A stretch of DNA of 64,000 bases from an uncultured Acidobacteriota bacterium (GTDB lineage: Bacteria > Acidobacteriota > Thermoanaerobaculia > Gp7-AA8). Shown here one piece after another: positions 23,230 through 33,205 of this stretch. The stretch spans positions 128,001 to 192,000 of the forward strand of contig CAWGHO010000003.1 of assembly GCA_963822445.1 (NCBI GenBank), written 5' to 3'. The translations under genes and the position numbers were made by a program. Numbering within the stretch: position 1 is the first letter of the stretch; the number at the start of each line of letters is the position of its first letter. The notes below the pieces were generated by a model. It ran no database searches and was not told the DNA's origin. It saw only the letters and a program-made list of their open reading frames with translations.

Positions 23230-25224
23230 TTACCGCGGAAACGCTTCCTTCACGCCCCCATCCACCGGCAGCATCGTCCCCGTCGTCTTCGCCGACCGCG
23301 GTCCCGCCAGAAACAGCGCCGCCTCGGCCACGTCGTCCGCGGTCACCTCGATTTTGAGCAGCGTGCGATTGCGATAGAAATCCGGCAGCTTGTCCGTCTC
23401 GACGCCGTACGCCTGCGCGCGCATCGAGCGCATCTCCTCGCTCCAGAACCGCGAGCCGCCGAAGATGGCGTCGGGGTTGAGCATGTTGGCGCGAATCCCA
23501 TGCTCGCCTCCCTCCAGCGCCACGATCCGGCACAGCTGCGCCTCGGCGGCCTTGCTCACGCTGTACGCGCCGAACTCCTTGCCCGGCGCCGTCACGTTTT
23601 TCGAGGCGTTGAAGACGATGCTTCCGCCGGTACCCTGCGCTTTCATGATGCGGATCGCCGCGCGCGCGACGAGGAAATGGCCGCGGGCATTGACGGCGAA
23701 GGCGCGATCCCAGTCGGCCGTGGCTAATGTGTCCAGCTTGCCGAACGACGAGATGCCGGCGTTGCTGACCACGACGTCCACGCCGCCGTACTCGCGAATG
23801 GTCTCTTCGAACGCGCGCTCGACGTTTTCTTCGCTCGCCACATCGAGCGACAGCGCGACCGCGCGGCGAAGGCCATGTTTCCTCACGATCGAGCTGGCGA
23901 CCTCCTGAGCGAGCGTCAGGTCGATGTCCGTCACCACGACATGCGCGCCCTCTTCGGCGAATCGTTCCGCGCAGGCGCGGCCGATGCCGCTCGCGGCGCC
24001 GGTGATGATCGCCACTTTGCTGGCCAGCTCCTTCTCTTTCGGCAGCAGCGTCAGTTTGTAGAGCTCGAGCGGCCAGTACTCGGCGTGAAACGCGTCGGGA
24101 TCGTTCAGCGACTCGTATCCGCCGACTGCTTCGGCCGCGGCGAGGATGCGCATGGTGTGGCGATAGATGTCGCGAACGATCCGCGCCGCACGCGCGTCCT
24201 TGCCCGCCGTCCACATCCCGACGCCAGGCATGAGCACGATGCGCGGATTCGGATCGAGCATCGCGAACTCGCTCGGATGCGCGCGGTAGTGGCTCTCGTA
24301 GCGTTCGACATACGCGCGCGTCGCCGCGGCGATGTCCTCGCCTTGATTGACGAAGAGCGGGAAACGCTTGGTGTAGAGCAAATGATCGGGCGTGGCCGCG
24401 CCGATCTGGGTGATGCGCGCCGCGTCCTCGCGCGCGAGGAAGTCGAGCGTTTCGGGGGAGTCGTCGAATTCGAGGATCCGCCCGGCTCTGATCTGGAGTG
24501 CGGCGGCTCTGCCGCCGCTTTCACTGAGCGCGGAGCGCGGCTCCGCCGCGTGGGAAAGCGGCAGCAGAGCCTGCCGCACTCCAAATTCTTCAGCCTTGCT
24601 CACCAACTCCACATGCTTCTCATACGCCTCTTTCGCCGTCTCCCCCCACGTGATCAACCCATGGTTCATCAGGATCAGCCCCTCGGCATCGGGCTGCCTG
24701 TCGAATGCATCCGCAACGTCGCGGCTCAGCCGGAATCCCGGCCGACGATACGGAACGGTGATCACCGAGTCGCCGAAACACTTCCGCACGGTCTCTTCCC
24801 GCCCGCGCGTATTCGTGAGCGCGAGGATCGCGTCGGCGTGCGTGTGCAGGACGGCTTTCGCCGGCAGGAACGCGTGCAACAGCGTCTCGATCGATGGTCG
24901 CGCGCTGGCGGGATCGATCAGGCATTTGGCCAGGTAATCGACCATCTCCTGATCGGTCATGTCCTCGTCGCGTTGCCGCAGCGGCGCGATGTAATCGAGG
25001 CGAACCGCGGGAAACTGCTTCGGCACGATCGACTTCATGTCGCTGCCGCTGCTCTTGATGTACATGACCTCGACCGGACGGCCGAGGAGGTCGGTGGCGG
25101 AGGACTTCACGCTGTTGTTGCCGCCGCCCCAGAGGACGAGGTCTTCCTCCATCCCCACGAGTCGCGACTGGTAAACGAGCTGGTCGATTTCGTTATCGGG
25201 CGTCTCCGCCCAGCGGGTCTGCAT
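23230..25224 (-). CDS. rhaD: Bifunctional rhamnulose-1-phosphate aldolase / short-chain dehydrogenase (RhaD/YuxG type)
   Basis: GGGNNSVK, PSIETLLH, HTHAD, NHG, TPDH, EYWPLE; SDR TGAASGIG, NAG, YSVSK. Confidence 0.88.
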   Translation of the reverse strand: MQTRWAETPDNEIDQLVYQSRLVGMEEDLVLWGGGNNSVKSSATDLLGRPVEVMYIKSSGSDMKSIVPKQFPAVRLDYIAPLRQRDEDMTDQEMVDYLAKCLIDPASARPSIETLLHAFLPAKAVLHTHADAILALTNTRGREETVRKCFGDSVITVPYRRPGFRLSRDVADAFDRQPDAEGLILMNHGLITWGETAKEAYEKHVELVSKAEEFGVRQALLPLSHAAEPRSALSESGGRAAALQIRAGRILEFDDSPETLDFLAREDAARITQIGAATPDHLLYTKRFPLFVNQGEDIAAATRAYVERYESHYRAHPSEFAMLDPNPRIVLMPGVGMWTAGKDARAARIVRDIYRHTMRILAAAEAVGGYESLNDPDAFHAEYWPLELYKLTLLPKEKELASKVAIITGAASGIGRACAERFAEEGAHVVVTDIDLTLAQEVASSIVRKHGLRRAVALSLDVASEENVERAFEETIREYGGVDVVVSNAGISSFGKLDTLATADWDRAFAVNARGHFLVARAAIRIMKAQGTGGSIVFNASKNVTAPGKEFGAYSVSKAAEAQLCRIVALEGGEHGIRANMLNPDAIFGGSRFWSEEMRSMRAQAYGVETDKLPDFYRNRTLLKIEVTADDVAEAALFLAGPRSAKTTGTMLPVDGGVKEAFPR
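24494..24583. repeat. REP-like palindromic element, 90-bp copy lying in frame inside rhaD
   Basis: Same TGGAGTGCGG...CCGCACTCCA ends and internal GCTCTGCC/GCTTTC/GAAAGCGGC motifs as 8527-8615. Confidence 0.85.
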
Positions 25225-25279
25225 GGCGGCGGATTATACGGAGCCGTTTGCGCTAGACTCGCGCCCGAGAGGTAGCACA

Positions 25280-26014
25280 ATGGTTTCGCATCGTTCCTTC
25301 GCGGGTGCTGTGCTTCTGTTCAGCGCGTCCTTCGTCGCGGCGGATGACACGCCTCCTGTCGTCACCGCCAACATCGCCGGCACCTCCGGCGACAACGGCT
25401 GGTACACGTCCGATGTGGGCATTTCCTGGACGACCGTCGACGAGGAATCGACAGTCTTCACGACGACCGGATGCGAAGCCGACGTGCTGACGCAGGACGA
25501 CACTGCCCGCACCTACACCTGTTCCGCAACCTCGGATGGCGGGACGACCGTCGTCTCTCAGACCATCTCCCGTGACACCGTCGGACCGGTCATCGATTAC
25601 AGCGGCGATCAGAGCACGTACGCGGTCAGCGATGAGATTCAGATCTTCTGCAATACCTTCGACGCAACCGCCGGTGTCGCGTCGTCGACCTGTACGGACA
25701 TCGCCGGGAGCGCATTGAGCTTCGACGTGGGCACCCACGCGTTCACATCGACAGCAACCGACAACGCCGGCAACGTCACCACCGCCACCGTTTCATTCAA
25801 CGTGGTCGTCACTCACGCCGGCCTCGCTGTACTCGTCAACCAATACGTCACGAAGGCCAGCGTTGCACGAAGTCTGACGCGCAAGCTCGACGCGGCTGCC
25901 GCCGGAAATGTCCGAGCGATCGACTCCTTCATCAGGACGGTGACGCGCGAGACCGGCCAGAGCATCAGCGCCGCGGACGCCGCGACACTGCTCCGGCTGG
26001 TCGCTTTGCTCTGA
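25280..26014 (+). CDS. Exported Thr-rich Ig-like domain protein
   Basis: Signal peptide; DDTPPVV...GDNGWYTSDV; ATDNAGN repeat motif; helical C-terminal tail. Confidence 0.7.
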   Translation: MVSHRSFAGAVLLFSASFVAADDTPPVVTANIAGTSGDNGWYTSDVGISWTTVDEESTVFTTTGCEADVLTQDDTARTYTCSATSDGGTTVVSQTISRDTVGPVIDYSGDQSTYAVSDEIQIFCNTFDATAGVASSTCTDIAGSALSFDVGTHAFTSTATDNAGNVTTATVSFNVVVTHAGLAVLVNQYVTKASVARSLTRKLDAAAAGNVRAIDSFIRTVTRETGQSISAADAATLLRLVALL

Positions 26015-26032
26015 CGCGATATCCTTCCGTCG

Positions 26033-27154
26033 ATGTCCCTAACCGCCCGCGAACGCGGTCGACTGGTCGACAACCTCGTCGATGAGCTGAACGGCGCCGC
26101 GCTGTACGACGCGCTGGCCGTGGCCGAGAAGGACGAGCGGCTCGCCGAGGTTTATCGCCGGCTCGCGGTCGTCGAGCGCCGTCACGCCGATCGCTGGCGG
26201 AAGAAACTCGAGGACGCCGGCGAGAAGCTTCCCGACTTCAAGCCCTCATGGCGAACGCGCACCCTGGCCTTCCTTGCCGGCCGTTTTGGCGCGCGGATCG
26301 TCCTGCCCTCGGTGCAATCGCTCGAGCGCGCCGGAACCAACAAGTACGCGACGCAGGTCGATGCGCAGGATTTCCACGGCGACGAGCGTTCGCACATGCG
26401 GGTCATCAAGCTGATGTCGTCGACCGGCGGCGGCTTTGCCGGAAACGACGTCGCGCGCATCGAAGGCCGTCATCGCGCCACCGGAGGCAATGCCCTCCGC
26501 GCGGCGGTCCTCGGCGCAAACGACGGCCTCGTGTCGAACCTCAGTCTGGTGATGGGCGTGGCCGGCGCGGCGTTCAGCGAGCGGACGATTCTCATCACCG
26601 GTCTCGCGGGTCTCCTCGCTGGCGCGTCGTCCATGGCTCTCGGGGAGTGGCTTTCCGTGCAGAGCTCGCGCGAGTTCTATCGCCATCAGATTGCGACCGA
26701 GGAAGAAGAGCTGCGCACGATGCCGGAGGAAGAGGAAGAGGAGCTCGCGCTGATTTATCAGGCCCGCGGACTCGGCGAGGAGCAGGCTCGCGCGTTCGCC
26801 CGGAAGATGATGAGCAACGAGGCCACCGCGCTGTCGACGCTCGCGCGTGAAGAGCTGGGGATCAATCCCGAGGAGCTGGGTGGCTCGGCGTGGGAAGCGG
26901 CCATCGTCTCCTTCGTCCTTTTTTCTCTTGGCGCGATCGTGCCGGTCATCCCGTTTCTCTTCGCGAACGGCAGCAATGCCATTCTGTTGAGCATCCTCTT
27001 CAGCATCGTCGCGCTGTTCATCGTCGGCGGCGGCATTACTCTGTACACCGGCCGATCGGTTTTCTTTTCAGGAACGCGACAGGTCGTCTTCGGGATGGCC
27101 GCGGCCGCGCTGACCTTCGGGATCGGCCGTCTGGTCGGCATTTCCATGGCGTGA
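26033..27154 (+). CDS. Rubrerythrin-like + VIT1/CCC1 iron/manganese transporter
   Basis: N-terminal ExxH di-iron motifs; LRAAVLGANDGLVSN and AGASSMALGEWLSV VIT1 motifs. Confidence 0.9.
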   Translation: MSLTARERGRLVDNLVDELNGAALYDALAVAEKDERLAEVYRRLAVVERRHADRWRKKLEDAGEKLPDFKPSWRTRTLAFLAGRFGARIVLPSVQSLERAGTNKYATQVDAQDFHGDERSHMRVIKLMSSTGGGFAGNDVARIEGRHRATGGNALRAAVLGANDGLVSNLSLVMGVAGAAFSERTILITGLAGLLAGASSMALGEWLSVQSSREFYRHQIATEEEELRTMPEEEEEELALIYQARGLGEEQARAFARKMMSNEATALSTLAREELGINPEELGGSAWEAAIVSFVLFSLGAIVPVIPFLFANGSNAILLSILFSIVALFIVGGGITLYTGRSVFFSGTRQVVFGMAAAALTFGIGRLVGISMA

Positions 27155-27177
27155 TTGCGAGGTGACGAATGAGATCG

Positions 27178-27612
27178 ATGTTCAATGACGAAGACCGTTC
27201 CTCGATGGTTGCGCGCATCGACCGCGTAGCCAGCGGCGCGAAAGCGCGCTGGGGAAAGATGAACGCCGAGCAGATGCTCGCGCACCTCGTCGAGTCGATG
27301 CGCATGGCCGTTGGCGAGATCACGCCGCGGTCTAAAAAACTGCCCTTGCGTTACTTTCCGCTCAAGCAGCTCGTCATCTATTGGCTGCCGTTTCCGAAAG
27401 GCTCGCCGACCGCGCCGGAGCTGCTGCCGAAAGAGAGCGGCACGATCGATCGCGGCAAGAGCGAGCTTGTGCGGCTGATGCGCCTCTTCGTCGAGCGCGC
27501 CAATGAGCCGCAGTGGCCGGAGCATCCCGCGTTCGGCAAGCTCACGAAGCAGGGCTGGGGCGTGCTCACATACCGCCACTTCGATCATCACCTCAGACAA
27601 TTCGGCGTGTAG
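27178..27612 (+). CDS. DUF1569 / DinB-superfamily protein
   Basis: WGKMNAEQMLAH...HPAFGKLT...WG...HFDHHLRQFGV. Confidence 0.85.
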   Translation: MFNDEDRSSMVARIDRVASGAKARWGKMNAEQMLAHLVESMRMAVGEITPRSKKLPLRYFPLKQLVIYWLPFPKGSPTAPELLPKESGTIDRGKSELVRLMRLFVERANEPQWPEHPAFGKLTKQGWGVLTYRHFDHHLRQFGV

Positions 27613-27644
27613 GAACTTTCTTTAGGCATGGCCGTCGTAGACGC

Positions 27645-27974
27645 ATGCGAATCAAGAACACTTCACTCCGCACAATCGCCCTCGCCCTCATCACCGTATC
27701 GCTGATCGCCACCGCCACAATTGCCGAGGACCGTCCGCTCGCTCGCGAGCCGCGGGTCATCGTGCAATTCAATTCGAAACCCGACTACGCCGAGCTGTAC
27801 GTCGACGGCCAGTTCGTGGCAAGCACGGACGTAGCGTTGCGCCTCACACCAGGGAAACACGTCATCGAGATGCGCCGCGACGGCTTCGAGACCTGGTGCC
27901 GCGAGCTCAACGTGACGCTCGACAATCCGACGCGGGTGGTGGGGTTGCTGAAGCAGACGCGCGGGAACGATTAG
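27645..27974 (+). CDS. Exported PEGA-domain protein
   Basis: Signal peptide; SKPDYAELYVDG...LTPGKHVIEMRRDGFETW. Confidence 0.75.
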   Translation: MRIKNTSLRTIALALITVSLIATATIAEDRPLAREPRVIVQFNSKPDYAELYVDGQFVASTDVALRLTPGKHVIEMRRDGFETWCRELNVTLDNPTRVVGLLKQTRGND

Positions 27975-29515
27975 CGCCGCACGCGCTTCGCAATCTCCTC
28001 GCGCATCGTCTTGGTGTTCTTCAACAGCTCCGCGTCGGTCATCTCCGGAATGACACGATCGAGCACGGCCAGCGCTTCGGCGTACTTGCCTTTGTTGGCG
28101 AGGTCGATCGCTTCATTGATCTGGCGAACCTGCTCGCGCTCCTGTAATCGCTCGAGCAGGTTCCGAACATCGGCGTCGGCGGGCCAGAGCGATTGTGCTT
28201 TCAGGATCGCGTCGATTCCGGGACGGACGTCGCCGGTGCCCGCAAGATAGGTGATGGCGATGCCCATCCACGCACGCGCCGATTCGGGATCGAGCTCCGT
28301 CGCTCTTGTGAACAACGACCGCGCGCGCAGCAGCTGATCGGCGGACGAACGACCGGACTCTTCGAGCTGCTGCATGATGCTGCGGCCGAGGAGGATGTAG
28401 ACCATCGGGTCGTCGCTCCCCAGTTCCGCCGCCCGGGCAAAAGCCCCCTCAGCCGCCTTGTCATCGCCGGTGAGATCGTGCAGCCGGCCCAGATCCGCAA
28501 ATGCGCCGGCATGGCGGGGATTGATCGCCAGTGTCGCGTCGAGAAACTTTCGCGCGGTCGGCAGGAGCTGGCGGTCGACGTATCCGAGGAGGTGGCCGAG
28601 CTCGTACAGCAGCGCGTCCCGCTTCATCGGTTCCGGCTTCGGCGGCTCCTTGATCTTCAGCTCGTCCAGCGAGTACTTCGTGTACTTCATCCCGAATCTG
28701 CGAACGTAGACCCGCAGCTCCTCCTCGAGCTGTTTGTAGGTGATGCCGAACGCCTGCTGGAACGACTCGTCGACCGTTTTCCCCTGGCTGTTGAGAAGCA
28801 GGAACTTCGACAACTGCGCGCGGCGCTCCTCGTTCCCGATCATCAGGTAGTGCAGCAGCGCCCATGACTGCGCGTAGAACACGCCGGCGCGCGTTCCCTC
28901 GTTGTAGTCGGGCGAGTGGCGATCCATCGAGAAGAGATCGCGCAGGGGGATGAGCTGCTCGCGGCGCAGCCAGTTGACGTGTTCGGGCACCGGGCGGCCG
29001 ATGTGAATCTCCTCGCCGGACGAGCGGAAGGTCGAGTAGTACTCCGCGATTCCTTCGCCGAGCCAGAGCGGGACGTTTCCGACGGTGTTGTTGACGAAGT
29101 AGTGGGTGAGCTCGTGATAGACGAGGCGATCGATTCCGCCCGGCGAGTCAGCACGGAGAAGGATGAAGTTCGCGTCTTCGCTGCCGAGGAAAACGCCGCT
29201 GATGTTCTGCGGGGCTCGTTGAAACATCGCGTCGCGATACGGGCCGAAGGTCCTCTCGTTCGCGAACAGGAACACTTTCGTCGGGATTGGCGAGCGCACT
29301 TTCAGGCGGCTGACCTTGCCGACTGCTTCGCGCATCCGTAGGAGGTCGCGGGCGACGTCGAGTGCCAGCGATGGGGAGGCGTTGCTGAAGATCTCGATGT
29401 CGTCGGCGCGGACGGCGATCCACTTCTCGTTCTCGCGGGGCAGCTCCGGAGGGCCCGCGGCGGCGGTGGCGAACGCGAGCACGAGGGTGAGGATCGCGAC
29501 GAGGAACCGGAGCAT
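27971..29515 (-). CDS. Exported HExxH gluzincin-like (DUF1570-like) metallopeptidase with TPR repeats
   Basis: HELTH...WLGEGIAEY, FYAQSW, C-terminal TPRs; signal peptide. Confidence 0.8.
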   Translation of the reverse strand: MLRFLVAILTLVLAFATAAAGPPELPRENEKWIAVRADDIEIFSNASPSLALDVARDLLRMREAVGKVSRLKVRSPIPTKVFLFANERTFGPYRDAMFQRAPQNISGVFLGSEDANFILLRADSPGGIDRLVYHELTHYFVNNTVGNVPLWLGEGIAEYYSTFRSSGEEIHIGRPVPEHVNWLRREQLIPLRDLFSMDRHSPDYNEGTRAGVFYAQSWALLHYLMIGNEERRAQLSKFLLLNSQGKTVDESFQQAFGITYKQLEEELRVYVRRFGMKYTKYSLDELKIKEPPKPEPMKRDALLYELGHLLGYVDRQLLPTARKFLDATLAINPRHAGAFADLGRLHDLTGDDKAAEGAFARAAELGSDDPMVYILLGRSIMQQLEESGRSSADQLLRARSLFTRATELDPESARAWMGIAITYLAGTGDVRPGIDAILKAQSLWPADADVRNLLERLQEREQVRQINEAIDLANKGKYAEALAVLDRVIPEMTDAELLKNTKTMREEIAKRVRR

Positions 29516-29579
29516 GCGAACTAGTATGAAGGCTCGCGCGTCTCACGCTGAAACGCGACCCACGTTGCCCGGAGGATCC

Positions 29580-30314
29580 ATGCGTCGATTGGTATTTCTG
29601 CTGCTTGCTGCCGTTCCGCTTCATGCCGACGTACTGACCGACGTGCGCACCGCGCTGGGACGGCTCACCGCCACCACCCCGATCCGGGCCACCTTCGAGC
29701 TGCAGCGGAACGACACCGAGGAGGGCAAGTTCTCGAACGTCAAGTACGGTGGCAAGGCGGCGGTCGAGCTCGAGGCGGAAGGGGAGACGTTCAAGGTGGT
29801 GATCCCGCGGGCGATGCTCGAGCAGGTGGCGAAGGAGCTCGACGCCCGGGCCAAGAATCCCGATCTGCCGACGCCGACCGAGCGGGCGCTCAACGACATC
29901 AGCACCGTCGTCGCGTCGGAGTCAGTGGACGGCGCACCTTCACTACTGCGGATGATCGATGACGCGAAAGTGCTGTCCGACGCCGCCGGTACCTGGGCGG
30001 GCAAGCCGGCACGAGTGGTCGTTCTGCGTCTCGCCGACAGGATGATGAAAGGGCCGGGCAAGGTCACCATCCTGGAAAACAAACTGACCCTCTGGCTGGG
30101 TGCCGATCACGTTCCCCTGGCCGCGGAGCACATCCGCAACCTGAAGTTCTCCTTCCTCGTGTTCAAGACCGAACAGAAGTCGAAGCGGAGCTGGCATTAC
30201 GGGCGGTCGGGCGACCGGCTCCTCCGCGATCGCTACGAATCGAACGAGACCACCTCGGGAATGGGACAGAAGGGGAACGACGTGGTGGTGTCGACGCTGA
30301 GAGTGTCTTCTTAA
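29580..30314 (+). CDS. Exported hypothetical protein
   Basis: GGAGG RBS, signal peptide MRRLVFLLLAAVPLHA, host-like codon usage. Confidence 0.7.
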   Translation: MRRLVFLLLAAVPLHADVLTDVRTALGRLTATTPIRATFELQRNDTEEGKFSNVKYGGKAAVELEAEGETFKVVIPRAMLEQVAKELDARAKNPDLPTPTERALNDISTVVASESVDGAPSLLRMIDDAKVLSDAAGTWAGKPARVVVLRLADRMMKGPGKVTILENKLTLWLGADHVPLAAEHIRNLKFSFLVFKTEQKSKRSWHYGRSGDRLLRDRYESNETTSGMGQKGNDVVVSTLRVSS

Positions 30315-30344
30315 ATCCGGCGCGGGCGACTATGAGGTGCGGCA

Positions 30345-30995
30345 ATGCGACAATATTCGCTATTCACACACGGAACGGCGCTTGCGATAGAGAATCACGA
30401 GAACCTTGCTCATTCTGTGAAGCTGGGTTGGGGTACGCAAATCGTCTTCAGAGAGCCCGTTGGTAAGCCCCTGTTCCCACATTTCTTTCCACCTACGCCC
30501 AAAGAAATGGCGTGGCCCGACTTTGGGCCTGGCAGCTGGTTTCATCTCCCACTGTCCAACGTGATCGACACGTTTGGCAGCAGCACTCCGCAACTGGTCA
30601 GCGTGACGATCCTGTTTGCCACGAGCCATTGCCGCATAAAAGACCTTCACGTATGGGACGGAGCGACGATCGTAGAGGTGCTCGAGCTCGGAAAGTTCGG
30701 ACTCCACGGTGAGTTTATGGAGTCGCGCGACAGCAAAGACCTCAACCCTGACACTCCGTTTGGCAGTCCGAAAACCTTCGCTAATACAATTGCCCTTCGG
30801 AAGCCACACCGCGTCTTTTCGGCGATTGGATTGTCTTTCTTTGCCTGCGCTTTTTATGACGATTTCAAAGATGCGCTCGGCGATTCCAATCCGCCGCGCT
30901 TTGAGCCGTCGATATTGACTGTAGGCGCGGGCGGTGGTCAGTTTGTCGTCGACGATCGGTCATTAGTCACCTTGAGCTTGCGCGTGGGGCCGTGA
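30345..30995 (+). CDS. Hypothetical protein (possibly DUF6623-like), atypical composition
   Basis: 216-aa ORF, more AT-rich than its neighbours; HGT...GWG...WFHLPL...HVWDG pattern. Confidence 0.55.
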   Translation: MRQYSLFTHGTALAIENHENLAHSVKLGWGTQIVFREPVGKPLFPHFFPPTPKEMAWPDFGPGSWFHLPLSNVIDTFGSSTPQLVSVTILFATSHCRIKDLHVWDGATIVEVLELGKFGLHGEFMESRDSKDLNPDTPFGSPKTFANTIALRKPHRVFSAIGLSFFACAFYDDFKDALGDSNPPRFEPSILTVGAGGGQFVVDDRSLVTLSLRVGP

Positions 30996-31341
30996 GATCT
31001 CGCTCGTAGAAGAGTCTGTCAAAGGTCGTCCCGCCGAACGTGAAGTCGACGCTCGTGACGCCGAGGCCGAACGTGGTTTGATCGAGAGTGATCTCCCGGG
31101 CCGTTCGTCCCTCGATCCTCCGGCGGTTGATGAAGATTCCTTCCAGCGGTTCCGTCGTGCCATCGGCGAACCGGCTCGGCGCGAGCTCGCTCTGCACGTT
31201 GAGATAGCGCTCGATCACCACGCCGTGACGGTGCTTCGACTTCTGCTTTACCTTGTTGAGCCGCGCCAGCATTTCGTCGACGGTGAGCGCGTACGAGGAG
31301 ACCGCCGTCAGGAGAGAAAGGGCGAGCAGGATTTTTCGCAT
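30967..31341 (-). CDS. Small exported hypothetical protein
   Basis: Signal peptide MRKILLALSLLTAVSSYA. Confidence 0.55.
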   Translation of the reverse strand: MRKILLALSLLTAVSSYALTVDEMLARLNKVKQKSKHRHGVVIERYLNVQSELAPSRFADGTTEPLEGIFINRRRIEGRTAREITLDQTTFGLGVTSVDFTFGGTTFDRLFYERDLTAPRASSR

Positions 31342-31452
31342 GGTTGGTTGGACGAAGGAGACGTGCGGGGGTTAGTTGGCTACGACGAACCACCTCGTCC
31401 CTGTGCCGCCGGCCAATCAAGACATCACGAGGCGCTTCAGCGCCGGGCGCGG

Positions 31453-31489
31453 CGAACGGCCCGCCGACAGCTCCTGGCAGTAGTTGGAC
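31453..31489 (-). repeat. attC-like half site directly after the hicB stop
   Basis: Minus strand GTCCAAC (RYYYAAC) TACTGCCAGGAGCTGTCGGCGGGCCGTTCG, close match to 32280-32316. Confidence 0.5.
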
Positions 31490-31497
31490 GGCGAGAT

Positions 31498-31713
31498 CTA
31501 AGCGTACAGTAGACGACCGCGCGGCTCAGGAACCGGCCTTCCGAGCTGTTGTGCCGTTTCGATCCACTCGTCGATTACGAGGCGCACTTCAGCCAACGCC
31601 GCTTCGTAGGTAGGCCCATCGGCCGCACACCCAGGAAGTTCGGGAACTTCGGCAATAAAAGCGTCGTCTTCGACACTCCAATAGATGATCACTTCGTAAC
31701 GCGGTTCAGACAT
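31498..31713 (-). CDS. hicB: HicB-family antitoxin
   Basis: YEVIIYWSVEDDAFIAEVPELPGCAADGPTYEAAL...WIETA...GRPVPEP. Confidence 0.9.
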   Translation of the reverse strand: MSEPRYEVIIYWSVEDDAFIAEVPELPGCAADGPTYEAALAEVRLVIDEWIETAQQLGRPVPEPRGRLLYA

Positions 31714-31969
31714 CCTCATCCCCTGCTAGACGATAACGTGTAAGCACGTGCCTGACCTGCTTCACTTGGTAAGGCTTAGCTGTACCGTCACGCCTTGGTT
31801 GTAGATTCAAGATCTCCGCCACGCCTTCGCGCCAGAAAATACGGTGGCTGCCTGCTGTGCGAATCTGGAAATGCAAGTGTCCCAGCAGCGCCACGAGCTC
31901 ATCGAACAGAATGTTTTGATCGGCGCGGCCGCTAAGAATCTTTGCGAGCAACTTCGCTCGGGACGTCAC
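31706..31969 (-). CDS. hicA: HicA-family toxin
   Basis: GSHRIF...EILNLQP...AKPYQVKQVR; overlaps the hicB start. Confidence 0.88.
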   Translation of the reverse strand: MTSRAKLLAKILSGRADQNILFDELVALLGHLHFQIRTAGSHRIFWREGVAEILNLQPRRDGTAKPYQVKQVRHVLTRYRLAGDEDV

Positions 31970-32190
31970 ACCGAGAACGATAGCACGAACAACGCTGACG
32001 ACACTCGATCCGAACGAGATCTCCCCTGCTCGTACGCCGGCAGGCGCCGAACGGCACATGCGCAATACGAGGGGTCGCACCTCGATCGGTTTTTTATCGA
32101 TGAGGGCTTCCCGGATTTACGTCCACCCAACGTCTATCGCCTCAGCGGCGGCGAGGCCTCCGATGCCAGGAGGACGCGGCGCACCGCTTG

Positions 32191-32316
32191 CCGCAACTAA
32201 CGAGTTGTCGGCGGGCGCGCTCTGCAAGCGGCGTGACGCCGCGCATCTTGGAGCGGTATAGGCGACTCGGCCGCGCCAACGAACGGCCCGCCGTCCGCTG
32301 CTGGCAGTAGTTGGGC
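32191..32316 (-). repeat. attC-like imperfect palindrome (126 bp)
   Basis: Minus strand GCCCAACTA...CGGCGGGC [spacer] GCCCGCCG...TAGTTGC, located between the cyclase gene and hicA. Confidence 0.5.
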
Positions 32317-32419
32317 CGCTACCGGCACGGACCGGTATACATGCCACCTCTACCTGCTTGAGCCTTGTAGCGAGCTCGCTTCACGTTGCAACGCCACTCT
32401 ACAGCGGAGGACCTGCATC

Positions 32420-33205
32420 CTAGGGCGCAATGAACAGCTTCATGTCGTCCGCGTCGAGACTCCCAAACTCTGACTTTGACAGATAAACCAACTGATGACC
32501 TACGCCGCGCACTAGAACCTTTTTCAAAATCAAGCTCTTTTTAGAGGCCTCGCTTGCGTACTTCTCCGCGTTGAAGCCGAGTCGAGTAAAGCAGATAGTC
32601 GTGCCGCGTGCGATCTTTTGTAGCCTGGCGGCTATATTAATACATGGGCCTACGAAGTCCGACCCATCACCGATCGAGAACACACGCCCTCTTGCAAGGC
32701 CAACTCGTAGAATGTCGGGCGGATCCGTGACATCTTTGCGGACCCTCGGGACGAATTCGTTGCGATAGGCGGTGCAAATATTCCAACATGTGATTGCAAT
32801 GTTGAATGCAGCCGTTTCCTCGATACCACGCGTGTCCCAGAGGAATAGAACCCCGTCGCCCATGAACTTCGCGTAAAAAGGAAGTCGCGTGTAGAGAATC
32901 ACACCGTCAGGAGTGGTTGTGAGTAGCGACTGGCTACGAAGTGTCCCGAATAGCCATGTCAGAAATGACGACATGAACTCCGGAATGGCCAGATGCGGCT
33001 CTACCTGTCCCGCGAATGTGGTGAAGCCGCCGAGATCGAACACCGCACAGATAGCATCGGTCGCCGAAGACGGCTTTCCGACATCGCCTAATCCCAGAAT
33101 GCTTGGGTCGAATCGCTCAAACGCGTCGGCACGCAAGAAGGGACCTTCGAGGTCTCCAATTTTTGTCTCAACGTAGTCGCTCCGACGTGTACGAAACCGT
33201 CCCAT
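32420..33205 (-). CDS. Stand-alone class III nucleotidyl (adenylate-type) cyclase domain protein
   Basis: FDLGGFT, KFMGDG, RVGLARG, DFVGPCINIAARLQ; AT-richer codon usage. Confidence 0.8.
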   Translation of the reverse strand: MGRFRTRRSDYVETKIGDLEGPFLRADAFERFDPSILGLGDVGKPSSATDAICAVFDLGGFTTFAGQVEPHLAIPEFMSSFLTWLFGTLRSQSLLTTTPDGVILYTRLPFYAKFMGDGVLFLWDTRGIEETAAFNIAITCWNICTAYRNEFVPRVRKDVTDPPDILRVGLARGRVFSIGDGSDFVGPCINIAARLQKIARGTTICFTRLGFNAEKYASEASKKSLILKKVLVRGVGHQLVYLSKSEFGSLDADDMKLFIAP

